A stretch of DNA of 64,000 nt from Candidatus Zixiibacteriota bacterium (GTDB taxonomy: Bacteria > Zixibacteria > MSB-5A5 > GN15 > FEB-12): positions 8,409-72,408 of the forward strand of contig JBGSIV010000214.1 of NCBI GenBank assembly GCA_041742355.1, written 5' to 3'. Within the stretch, counting starts at the first letter, position 1. The number at the start of each line of letters is the position of its first letter. Positions 40,818 to 49,509 of the stretch are shown here, one piece after another. The notes beneath the pieces are model-generated. The model did no database searches. It was not told where the DNA came from and worked only from the letters and a program-made list of their open reading frames with translations. Made by a program: the position numbers and the translations under genes.

Positions 40818-41786
40818 ATGTCAAACACCCGGACTGTCCGTTTCATGGTGAGCCTCGTCGCGGCTGCCGCGCTCTGTCTGTCCTGCGACGAAAAAGTCGA
40901 ACGCAAGGGATTCGATCAATCCCCCGTCCAACTGCCCGACTCATGCGTTCCCTATGTCTTTAGTATCGATTCTCTCCCCTACAACCAGCTCCCGAATATC
41001 GGCTACAATCTCGACGCCCTCAACGATACGGCTGTTGCGACCGATCCGCTCGGTGTTGTCATGTACCGGTACAAGGACGCGATGTACTACCATCCGGTCG
41101 AGCTGGCCCACCGGTCGTTGCGGCTGCTTGCGGCTTTTCACGGGACCGGCGACTCCACCTGGCTGAAGCAGTTGCTTCGTCATGTCGATCGCACCCTGCG
41201 CGAGGCCATTGAGATCGATGGCGCGCTGTACTACCCGTACCACTACGACAACTGGGTGAATCAGCAGGAGGAGGGCTATCTCCGGGCGCCGTGGTTTTCC
41301 GGTATGGCGCAGGGGGAAATTCTCGGCGTGCTCACGCGCACGTTTCTGGTCACCGGCGACTCGCTCTACCTGAGGGCTGCCGACCGGACTTTCGCCACGA
41401 TGCTCCGCCCGCAGGGGGAATCCGTTCCCTGGACCGTGTTCTTTGATTCTCTCGGCTGCTACTGGATCGAGGAGTACCCCACGCCGATTCCGAGCAAGAC
41501 GCTCAACGGCTTCATTTTCGGATTGTATGGTGTCTACGACTACTACCAGTTGACCAAGAGTCCGGAGGCTTATGAGGTGCTGCAGCAGTCGCTTCGCACG
41601 ATCAAGAACTATATCCCTTCGTTCCGGCGGCCGGGCAAGCCAAGCCTCTACGGCCTTCGGTTCGGCCACTTCGCGGGTGATTACCACATGATCCACATCA
41701 ACCAGTTGCGTATGCTCCAGCGCATGACCGGCGACCCGGCGTTTGGCGAGTGGGCCGATTCCCTCGAATCGGACTTCCGGGAGTAG
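40818..41786 (+). CDS. D-glucuronyl C5-epimerase family lipoprotein
   Basis: Lipobox-like LSC; WFSGMAQG, WIEEYPT, LNGFIFGLYGVYDY, DYHMIHINQL resemble the GLCE C-terminal domain. Confidence 0.85.
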   Translation: MSNTRTVRFMVSLVAAAALCLSCDEKVERKGFDQSPVQLPDSCVPYVFSIDSLPYNQLPNIGYNLDALNDTAVATDPLGVVMYRYKDAMYYHPVELAHRSLRLLAAFHGTGDSTWLKQLLRHVDRTLREAIEIDGALYYPYHYDNWVNQQEEGYLRAPWFSGMAQGEILGVLTRTFLVTGDSLYLRAADRTFATMLRPQGESVPWTVFFDSLGCYWIEEYPTPIPSKTLNGFIFGLYGVYDYYQLTKSPEAYEVLQQSLRTIKNYIPSFRRPGKPSLYGLRFGHFAGDYHMIHINQLRMLQRMTGDPAFGEWADSLESDFRE

Positions 41787-41814
41787 ACAACATCGGCTCC
41801 AACGGAGTTTGAGA

Positions 41815-41842
41815 TTGACGGCTGATCGCCCGCTCGTATATT
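41815..41842 (+). promoter_or_regulatory. Putative promoter for leaderless hutI
   Basis: TTGACG-16 nt-TATATT, ATG 6 nt downstream, no SD. Confidence 0.65.
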
Positions 41843-41848
41843 CAGATC

Positions 41849-43117
41849 ATGCCACCAAAGAAAAAAGTCACGCTGCTCATTAAGAACATCGGGCAACTGG
41901 TCTCCATGGCCGGCCCGGCCCCGCGTCTCGGCCCGGCCATGAATGATATCGGCCTGATCGACCATGGCGGTATCGCGGTCGCCGGCGACGAGATCATCGC
42001 GGTCGGCAAGTCGGAAGATGTCGAGCGCCATTCGCCGGTGGCCGAGAGCTGCACGGTTATCGACGCCAAGGGGGCGGTTGTCACCCCCGGCTTCATCGAC
42101 CCGCACACGCACCCGGTTTTCTCGATGACCCGGGAGAATGAATTCGAAATGCGGATCCAGGGCAAGACCTACATGGAAATTGCCCAGGCGGGCGGTGGTA
42201 TCCGCGCCTCGGTCCGCGATCTGCGCGGCACCGACAAGCAGATCCTCGCCGAGCACACCAGGAAGCGGGTCACCCGCATGCTCCGCTACGGCGTCACCAC
42301 GATCGAGGCGAAGTCGGGCTACGGCCTGTCGACGGAGTCGGAGCTTAAGCAGCTCGAGGTTATCCGCGACCTCACCCAGCAGGTTGCGATCGAGATGATT
42401 CCGAGCTTCCTCGGCGCCCACGAGGTTCCCGATGAGTATCGCGAGAACCCCGAGGCGTATGTCGACCTGCTGGTTGAGGAGATGATCCCGGCGGTTGCTT
42501 CGGCGAAACTGGCCGAATTCTCCGATATTTTCACCGAGGTCGGCGTGTTTGATATCGAGCAGTCCCGGCGTATTCAGACCGCCGCGAAGAAAGCCGGCCT
42601 GAAGCTCAAGTTCCACGCCGATGAACTCAATCCTTTCGGCGGAGCCGAACTGGCCGCCGAACTGGGCGCGATCTCGGCCGACCACCTCGTGTACATTTCC
42701 GACGCCGGGATCAAGGCGCTGGCCGAGGCGGGCACGGTTGCGGTCCTTCTGCCCGGCACGACGTTTTCGCTCGGGCATTCGAAGTATGCGCCGGCGCGTA
42801 AGATGATCGAGGCCGGTGTCACGGTCGCCCTTTCGACCGACTGTAATCCCGGCTCCAGTTACACCGAGTCGTTGCCGTTTATCACCTCGCTGGCCGCCCT
42901 GCATTTCCGCATGACTGCCGCCGAGGCCCTGACCGCGGTGACGGCCAACGCCGCCTGTGCGGTCGGCCGCCAGAAGACCCTTGGACGGCTCGAGCCGGGG
43001 ATGAAGGCGGATATCGTGATCTGGGACATGCAGAACTACCGCGAGTTGCCCTATCACTACGCGGTGAACCTGGTTTCGCGCGTGATAAAGAGTGGTAAAG
43101 TGGTGGTGAGCCACTAG
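41849..43117 (+). CDS. hutI: Imidazolonepropionase
   Basis: PGFIDPHTH, GGGI, EAKSGYGL, HADEL, SADHL, TDCNPGSS. Confidence 0.96.
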   Translation: MPPKKKVTLLIKNIGQLVSMAGPAPRLGPAMNDIGLIDHGGIAVAGDEIIAVGKSEDVERHSPVAESCTVIDAKGAVVTPGFIDPHTHPVFSMTRENEFEMRIQGKTYMEIAQAGGGIRASVRDLRGTDKQILAEHTRKRVTRMLRYGVTTIEAKSGYGLSTESELKQLEVIRDLTQQVAIEMIPSFLGAHEVPDEYRENPEAYVDLLVEEMIPAVASAKLAEFSDIFTEVGVFDIEQSRRIQTAAKKAGLKLKFHADELNPFGGAELAAELGAISADHLVYISDAGIKALAEAGTVAVLLPGTTFSLGHSKYAPARKMIEAGVTVALSTDCNPGSSYTESLPFITSLAALHFRMTAAEALTAVTANAACAVGRQKTLGRLEPGMKADIVIWDMQNYRELPYHYAVNLVSRVIKSGKVVVSH

Positions 43118-43148
43118 GTTTTCGAAGAGGTTATGTCATCGATGGGGT

Positions 43149-43298
43149 GTCTGGTGGGGTCACCTGACACCACGGAGAAGTCAATTGTCAGGATCATGTG
43201 GCCGTGGCATTGGCCTGGATCTGACACCTATATTCTGTCATCCCGGGCTTGACCCGGGATCCAGTTTTCTTGTAGGTCAGGACCCTTGTGGTTCTGAC
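43149..43298 (+). repeat. Small cluster of tagged palindromes
   Basis: GTCT-GGTGGGGTCACCTGACACCAC (43149), TGTCATCCCGGGCTTGACCCGGGATCCAG (43236), GTAG-GTCAGGACCCTTGTGGTTCTGAC (43272). Confidence 0.75.
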
Positions 43299-43327
43299 AT
43301 GGACCTAAGCCGAACGGTTGATATAAC

Positions 43328-43825
43328 ATGGACGTCAAACACACGATCAGAATCTCTTGCCTCCTCCTGCTGGCGCTGTCTCTCGCCTCTTGCGGTGTGT
43401 ACACGTTCAACCCGGCCGGCAAGTCGAGCATCAAGGCGATCTCTATAGAGCGGTTCGAGAACAAGACAGTCGAACTTCAGGTCACCGACCAGCTCACGGA
43501 TGACGTTATCGACGCCTTCATTGCCGATGGCACCTTGAAGGTCGTGCCGGAGGGGGTTGCCGACGCCCTTCTGCAGGGCACGCTCATCAACTACCGCCGC
43601 GCTCCATACCGGTTTACGGAGGGGGATGTGGTCGAATCGTACGCGGTGACGATGGAATTCCAGATCACGCTGACCGACCCAAAAGACAACGCCGAGATCT
43701 GGACCGAGCGGATGAGCCAGCTCGGGACCTATGAGATTGCGAGCGAGACCGAGGAGGACGCCCAGCGGGACGCGATTGCTCTGCTGGTCGAGGCGATCAT
43801 TAACCGGACGACGAAGAGCTGGTGA
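43328..43825 (+). CDS. lptE: LptE family lipoprotein
   Basis: LASCGVYTF lipobox, ISIERFENKT, C-terminal W; FCB-type LptE pattern. Confidence 0.75.
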   Translation: MDVKHTIRISCLLLLALSLASCGVYTFNPAGKSSIKAISIERFENKTVELQVTDQLTDDVIDAFIADGTLKVVPEGVADALLQGTLINYRRAPYRFTEGDVVESYAVTMEFQITLTDPKDNAEIWTERMSQLGTYEIASETEEDAQRDAIALLVEAIINRTTKSW

Positions 43826-44000
43826 AGTAGTCCGGGGACACGAAACAAGGTGCCCTATCGTCTGGAGTGGGATCGGTCTTAGCCCCGGGGCGTCGCCGAT
43901 GCCGCAGAGTTCTTCGCCCCCGTTCGGACGATTCCCCTCCGTCGCCCCAACGCCCCTTCAATTGTATAATATTCACCGGTCTGCCGACCCGGTATATAAG

Positions 44001-44029
44001 TTGACAGCCCGCGCCGGGTGCCGTATCAT
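44001..44029 (+). promoter_or_regulatory. Putative sigma70 promoter
   Basis: TTGACA-17 nt-TATCAT upstream of ATG 44051. Confidence 0.65.
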
Positions 44030-44050
44030 CGTGCTGGAAGGACTACATTA

Positions 44051-45061
44051 ATGCTCAAAAACTTGTACCGATTCCCGCATCCATGTCATGCTTCGACTCC
44101 GCTCAGCATGACATACGTTGTTGCTTTCCTCGCCGCCGCCGTCTTTATCGGCGTCACCCTCTTTGTCGGCGCCTCGGCGTGGTCGGCGGACGTCAACAAG
44201 AACGCCGGCACGAGCGGCTTTGCGTTCCTCAAAATCGATGTCGGCGCCCGGGCGGTCGGCATGGGGGGTGCGTTTACCGGCCTGGCCGACGATGAGTCGG
44301 CGCTCTACTACAACCCGGCCGGGATTGCCCTCTTCGAGGAACCCCGCCTGATCGCCGGTTACCACAGCTATGTGGCCGACATGCAGTCCGGTTTCCTCGG
44401 TTATATCCGGCCGTTCGGCGGCAACAAAGCGTTTGGCGCCTATGTCAGCTATCTCAACTACGGCGATTTCACGGAGACCGACATGGAGGGGAACACCCTC
44501 GGCGAGTTCGGCGGGAGTGACCTGCTGTTTGGTCTGACCGGCGCGTTCCGCCCCCGCTACGGGCTCGCGTTCGGCGCGACGGTCAAGTTTGTCTATGAGA
44601 AGCTGCAGGAGTTTTCGGCGACGGGGCTCGCCGCCGATCTTGGCGCCCGGTACGCCACCAACCGCGACCGCTATATTTTCGGGCTGGCGATCCAGCACCT
44701 CGGCGCCCAGCTCTCTTCCCTCGGCGATGAGAAGGATGACCTTCCGATCACGGTCCGCGGGGGAGTCGCCACACGTCCCAAAGGCCTGCCGCTGACGCTT
44801 GTCGGCGATGTTATCGTCCCGATCGACAACGATCCGGTCCTTGCGTTCGGGGCCGAGTATGTCGAGTTGAAGCCCCTTTACCTTCGCCTCGGCTGGAACA
44901 GCTTCGGCAGCAACTACCGCACGGCCGATTCCGAGGATTCGTGGGCCGGGCTCGGCGTGGGCGTCGGGTTCGATATCAAGGAGTTCCATGTTTCATACGC
45001 CTTCACGCCCGGCGCCGAGCTGGGCGACAGCCACCGAATCACTTTTACGGGGGGTATTTAA
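44051..45061 (+). CDS. PorV/PorQ family outer-membrane beta-barrel
   Basis: FLKIDVGARAVGMGGAFTGLADDESALYYNPAG, LGDSHRITF; alternative start at 44108. Confidence 0.85.
   Translation: MLKNLYRFPHPCHASTPLSMTYVVAFLAAAVFIGVTLFVGASAWSADVNKNAGTSGFAFLKIDVGARAVGMGGAFTGLADDESALYYNPAGIALFEEPRLIAGYHSYVADMQSGFLGYIRPFGGNKAFGAYVSYLNYGDFTETDMEGNTLGEFGGSDLLFGLTGAFRPRYGLAFGATVKFVYEKLQEFSATGLAADLGARYATNRDRYIFGLAIQHLGAQLSSLGDEKDDLPITVRGGVATRPKGLPLTLVGDVIVPIDNDPVLAFGAEYVELKPLYLRLGWNSFGSNYRTADSEDSWAGLGVGVGFDIKEFHVSYAFTPGAELGDSHRITFTGGI
44083..44114. repeat. TGTC-tagged palindrome in the 5' part of the PorV-family gene
   Basis: ATGTCATGCTTCGACTCCGCTCAGCATGACAT; core TTCGACTCCGCTCAG shared with 36987-37015. Confidence 0.85.
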
Positions 45062-45064
45062 GGA

Positions 45065-45523
45065 ATGAATCTGCGCGTCCTCACCGTCACGCTGTTGCTG
45101 ACAGCCGTTTTGGCCGCCCTGCTCGGCTGCGGCAATTCCAAGCCACCCGGCCCCAAGGAAGCCGTCATAGCCATGTTCGGGGCTATGGAAAAAGACGATA
45201 AGGCGAGTCTCGCCCACCTGCTCGACCTTGCCGAGCTGATGAGGAATATCAACGAGGACTATGCCCTGCAGACCGACCAGCCGCGCCGCTTCACGAACCC
45301 GGAACAGATCCTCGATGACCTCACCGGTAACGGGGTGACCAAGCAGCGGTGGTTCTCCCACCAGCGGATTGTCAACAAGGTCGATATAGAAGGCCAACAG
45401 GCCACGGTCGAAGTCACGTTCCAGGACAAGGTCACCAACAAAGCGTACCTCACGAAGTTCGGCCTGCACGTTGTCAACGACCGGTGGAAGATCTACAGCT
45501 TCAACGCGTATTCGACCAACTAG
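45065..45523 (+). CDS. Hypothetical lipoprotein (NTF2-like/DUF4878-like)
   Basis: LLGC lipobox; PKEAV..F; ATVEVTF; WKI at the C-terminus. Confidence 0.75.
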   Translation: MNLRVLTVTLLLTAVLAALLGCGNSKPPGPKEAVIAMFGAMEKDDKASLAHLLDLAELMRNINEDYALQTDQPRRFTNPEQILDDLTGNGVTKQRWFSHQRIVNKVDIEGQQATVEVTFQDKVTNKAYLTKFGLHVVNDRWKIYSFNAYSTN

Positions 45524-45694
45524 CGTCGCGGGCTGTCCCGGCGGCGACATCTCACGGATAGAATTGATGCCCGGCGTCTCTCCGACGCCGGATCGGGTAG
45601 AGCGACTACCTGTTCGTTGCCGTTGCCGACACTTCCTGACATAATGCTGGCGTGCTGTGCTCGCGACGAATCGCATGCGAGTGCGTGCGAAGGC

Positions 45695-45794
45695 AAAAAA
45701 AAAGAAGCCTACCACACGATCAACCAGGGACAGAGGGGGAAATCCCCGGCAGTCGGACTACGTGGTAAGCTTCGAATTTTTCCTACTCTGACTG
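45695..45794 (-). ncRNA. Candidate small RNA of unknown family
   Basis: Upstream TTGACA-17-TATACT; 12-bp closing stem GAAGCUUACCAC/GUGGUAGGCUUC (G-U pair only on the minus strand) followed by U9; no credible ORF. Confidence 0.6.
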
Positions 45795-45799
45795 CCAAA

Positions 45800-45841
45800 A
45801 GTATAAGTACCCCCCTTCCGTTTGTCAAACACTTATCCACA
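45800..45841 (-). promoter_or_regulatory. Near-consensus sigma70 promoter with an adjacent perfect DnaA box
   Basis: Minus strand TTGACA (45828-45823)-17 nt-TATACT (45805-45800); TTATCCACA at 45833-45841. Confidence 0.7.
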
Positions 45842-46229
45842 ATTCGGCCGGTTCAGCAAAAATTGTGAAGCACTGATCCGGGGTTGCAGTCGACCTGGAG
45901 TGCTTCCGTAAGCCCTTAATTCTTAAATTCTTAAGTGAAACGAACGGATTACCCCGCCATATTTGCCTGTCCACGTTCGGTAAGTGGCTACGGATCTTTC
46001 CCGGACTGCGCCGTACCTACCGACACCCTATTGGCTTCTTCGTCTGCGCCTGATCCTTCGCCCCTATCGGAGAACCGCACTTCTGTGTCGAGCGCATTAC
46101 ACGCGCCCGCCCCGCTGTTCGTCTAAAAAGTGGGATTACTCTACAATTGCAGTTGTGCCGGGAAATGGCCTAATGTATATTGGTCGACCGACGCGATGAT
46201 ATCGGTGATTTCGAGGAGAGAAGGACACG

Positions 46230-46712
46230 ATGAAAAAGATTTCTGTGGTATTGATTGCTGTGTTTGTGATCGGGGTTGTGGGGCTTTCCTGCAGAGAGGA
46301 TGTGTTTCTTCCGCCGCTGCCGACCCTGGTGGGCGACTATGTCGGCACGTACACGTTCAAGAGGGGCGAAGGCGTTAATGCCGTTAGCGTCACCCAGGCT
46401 GTCACGTGGGTATTCGGCGAGACTTCGTATAATATGGTTGCGGATAGTTCGTCCGATCTCTTTAACGAAACGGCCTGTTTCTGCAAGAATTTCGGCTCCT
46501 ACGCGTTGACGGACCGTGTTCGTCTGGAACCCGGCAGTGACCGTCCCGCGCCCGATTATCCGTGCACGAGCTGTGACCCCGAGTTGTCGGCCCAGGGGCT
46601 GTTCGCCCTGGAGCGCCCGAGCGGCGGGATCAAGCTGACGCAGATCGAGCTGATCGACGGTGAGCAGATCACCAAGACGGTGGAGCTGCAGCGCGTTACT
46701 CCGACTGAGTAG
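46230..46712 (+). CDS. Hypothetical lipoprotein
   Basis: MKK + hydrophobic stretch + LSC lipobox; LVGDYVG; Cys pairs; followed by a terminator. Confidence 0.75.
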   Translation: MKKISVVLIAVFVIGVVGLSCREDVFLPPLPTLVGDYVGTYTFKRGEGVNAVSVTQAVTWVFGETSYNMVADSSSDLFNETACFCKNFGSYALTDRVRLEPGSDRPAPDYPCTSCDPELSAQGLFALERPSGGIKLTQIELIDGEQITKTVELQRVTPTE

Positions 46713-46736
46713 CCCTTTGGGGCCAAAGATATGTGC

Positions 46737-46771
46737 AAGCGGCAGGCCTGGAGCCTGCCGCTTTTCTTTTT
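46737..46771 (+). terminator. Rho-independent terminator
   Basis: AAGCGGCAGGC-CTGGA-GCCTGCCGCTT + TTCTTTTT. Confidence 0.8.
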
Positions 46772-46962
46772 CCTCCCCCGGCAGAAAGTGATTTACCTGA
46801 CGGACCTTTTTGCCCATGTTACGGGCCGGGTTTAGAATCTGAACGAATGTGAGGTTCTCCCGCGGCCCGAGCACAACCGATCGGGCGCCGTCGCCCACCA
46901 CATCATGGCAGCTGCGGGAGTACCCAGTGCGCGGCCACGTGCCGCGGGGAGGGATCTTCGTC

Positions 46963-48501
46963 ATGCTGTCCAAGATATTTTCCGCCTCAACGCTCGGTGT
47001 CGACGCGTACACGGTCGAGGTCGAAGCCGACATCCAGCAGCAACTGCCCGCTTTTGTGACGGTCGGTCTGCCCGATGGCGCGGTGCGCGAATCCAAAGAA
47101 CGCGTGACCTCGGCCATCAAGAACTCCGACTTTGTCTTCCCGGCCAAGCGGGTCACTATCAATCTTGCGCCGGCGGACATCAAGAAGGAGGGATCGGCTT
47201 TCGACCTTCCGATCGCGGTCGGCATTCTGGCCGCCACCGGTCAGATCCTCCGCGACCGTTTCGACGAATTCGTGATGGTCGGTGAGCTCTCGCTCGATGG
47301 CGCCCTGCGGGCGGTGCCGGGGGTGCTGCCGATGGCCATGAATTTCAACCGCGACAACGGGATCAAGGGGATCATTGTCCCCAAGGACAACGCGCGCGAG
47401 GCAGCCATGGCCGACACTATCCCGGTTTTCCCGGTCGACTCGCTCAAGGACGTCATCGCTTTCCTTGAAGACGAGTCCTCGATTGCGCCGTTCAAGGTCG
47501 ACATCGAGTCGGTTTTCAACGAGGCCTACCACTACGCCATTGATTTCGCGGATGTTCGCGGCCAGGAGGCGGCCAAGCGCGCGCTTGAGGTATCCGCCGC
47601 CGGCGGCCACAACATCATCATGATCGGACCTCCCGGGTCGGGCAAGACCATGCTGGCGCGACGCGTGCCGACAATCTTGCCCGACCTCACGATTGAAGAA
47701 GCGCTCCAAACGACCAAGATACATTCTGTCGCCGGACGGCTGCCGGCCGGCGCGGCCCTGATCGCCACCCGCCCGTTTCGTTCGCCGCACCACTCGATTT
47801 CGTATGCCGGGCTGGTGGGCGGCGGCGCGATTCCCAAGCCGGGGGAGGTGTCGCTGGCCCATCACGGCGTGCTGTTTCTGGATGAACTGCCGGAATTCAA
47901 GAAGGACATCCTGGAGATGCTGCGCCAGCCAATGGAGGACAATGACGTCACGATCTCCCGCGCCAGCACGACTATTACCTACCCGGCGGCGTTCATGCTG
48001 GTGGCGGCGATGAATCCCTGTCCGTGCGGCTATTTCGGGGATCCGTCACACGAGTGCAACTGCTCCTCAAGCGAGATCCAGCGCTACATGTCGCGCATCT
48101 CGGGGCCGCTCCTGGATCGGATTGACATTCATATCACGGTTCCGTCGGTGAACTTCAAGGATCTTTCGAGCGAAACCTGCGGGGAGAAGTCGTCGGTCAT
48201 CCGCGCCCGGGTCAATCGCGCCCGCCAGCGCCAGATCGACCGTTTCAAGGGGGAGAAACAGATCTACTGCAATGCGCATATGGAATCGAAGGATATCCGG
48301 AAGTACTGCGAGATCGATGAGAAATCGCAGTCGCTGCTCGGGACGGCGATCACGCGGCAGGGGCTTTCGGCGCGGGCGTATGATCGGATTCTGAAGGTGG
48401 CGCGGACGATCGCGGACCTCGCCGATTGCGATCGGATCGACATGGGGCATGTGGCGGAGGCGATACATTATCGGACGCTGGATCGGCAGTTGTGGTTGTG
48501 A
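46963..48501 (+). CDS. comM: ComM/YifB Mg-chelatase-like AAA+ ATPase
   Basis: VGLPDGAVRESKERV, NLAPADIKKEGSAFDLPIA, GPPGSGKTMLA, LFLDELPEF, NPCPCG, SGPLLDRID. Confidence 0.93.
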   Translation: MLSKIFSASTLGVDAYTVEVEADIQQQLPAFVTVGLPDGAVRESKERVTSAIKNSDFVFPAKRVTINLAPADIKKEGSAFDLPIAVGILAATGQILRDRFDEFVMVGELSLDGALRAVPGVLPMAMNFNRDNGIKGIIVPKDNAREAAMADTIPVFPVDSLKDVIAFLEDESSIAPFKVDIESVFNEAYHYAIDFADVRGQEAAKRALEVSAAGGHNIIMIGPPGSGKTMLARRVPTILPDLTIEEALQTTKIHSVAGRLPAGAALIATRPFRSPHHSISYAGLVGGGAIPKPGEVSLAHHGVLFLDELPEFKKDILEMLRQPMEDNDVTISRASTTITYPAAFMLVAAMNPCPCGYFGDPSHECNCSSSEIQRYMSRISGPLLDRIDIHITVPSVNFKDLSSETCGEKSSVIRARVNRARQRQIDRFKGEKQIYCNAHMESKDIRKYCEIDEKSQSLLGTAITRQGLSARAYDRILKVARTIADLADCDRIDMGHVAEAIHYRTLDRQLWL

Positions 48502-48522
48502 GGGGGGGTGAGAGAATAGGAT

Positions 48523-48551
48523 GTAGGGCACGACCCTTTAGCGGTCGTGCC
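48523..48551 (+). repeat. GTAG REP, left of RAYT
   Basis: GTAG-GGCACGACC-CTTTAGC-GGTCGTGCC. Confidence 0.9.
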
Positions 48552-48571
48552 TCGTGATTCCTGGTGGCGGC

Positions 48572-49075
48572 ATGTCAATACTCCTTCGGTACTTCTCGCC
48601 CGGACAGATGTATTTCATAACGACGGTCACGGAGCACCGCCGCCCAATCCTCGTGTCGAACAGCTCCCTGCTTGCTGCCGCCGTGGGTCGCGTGAAACGC
48701 GACTTACCGTTCGAGGCTATTGCGTGGTCAGTGTTACCTGACCACTTTCATCTTGTCATGAACCCCGGCACCAATGACCCTGCCATGATCATAAAGCGGA
48801 TCAAACAGATCTTTGGATATAAGTATCGACACCTGGTGGGGGCTTATCGTGGCCGCGTATGGCAGAGGCGCTACTGGGACCACATCATCCGAGATGAGGC
48901 CGATCTGAACAGGCACATAGACTACATCCATTATAATCCCGTCAAGCACGGGCTGGTCGCCACACCCATTGAATGGCCACTTTCCTCGTTCGTGCGGTAT
49001 CAGGCGCAGGGGGTTTATCCATCAGATTGGGGAGTGCGGAAGGAGGTACTAATTGACGGTGATTTTGGCGAATGA
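48572..49075 (+). mobile_element. REP-associated tyrosine transposase (RAYT, HUH/Y1)
   Basis: YFITTVT, LPDHFHLV (HUH), VWQRRYWDHIIRDE, IDYIHYNPVKHGLV, WPLSSF; flanked by inverted GTAG REPs. Confidence 0.93.
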
Positions 49076-49083
49076 GAGACAAT

Positions 49084-49112
49084 GGCACGACCACTGAAGG
49101 GTCGTGCCCTAC
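49084..49112 (-). repeat. GTAG REP, right of RAYT (inverted)
   Basis: Reverse complement GTAG-GGCACGACC-CTTCAGT-GGTCGTGCC. Confidence 0.9.
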
Positions 49113-49448
49113 AGGAACTTGAGGTCACAATTTGTGACCTCAAACAGGGGTCGTGGCGGAAGACGTTACGCGCCAAGAGCTTTCACCGAGCACGGCGCCA
49201 TCATGCTCGCCGCCGTCCTTAACTCCCCACGGGCCATTGAGGCCAGCATCTATGTTGTCCGGGCCTTCGTCCGCATGCGCGAATTGCTCTCCGTTAACAA
49301 GGAATTCGCCGCCAAACTCGCTGATCTTGAACGCCGTGTAACCGGCCACGACGAGGATCTCCGAAACATCGTCGCGGCCCTCCGCCGCCTCATGACTCCG
49401 CCGGATCCGCCCCGGCGAAAAATCGGATTCGACTCTGACAACGGGTAA
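49113..49448 (+). pseudogene. 5'-truncated ORF6N-domain DNA-binding protein
   Basis: Begins at LRSQFVTS..GRGGRRYAPRAFTEHGAIML..LNSPRAI..VVRAFV and ends KIGF; the usual N-terminal IRGQKVMLD...RFP.DFMF part is absent and the frame abuts the REP. Confidence 0.75.
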
Positions 49449-49509
49449 CCAAGTTGGCGCCGAGATCCGATGTGTATAAGGCGACGAGCTGTCGATACTA
49501 GTAATTGTG

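Noticed and set aside
45833..45935. Replication origin
   Set aside because: Only one convincing DnaA box and a short AT-rich repeat (CTTAATTCTTAAATTCTTAAG); no box cluster and no dnaA/dnaN nearby
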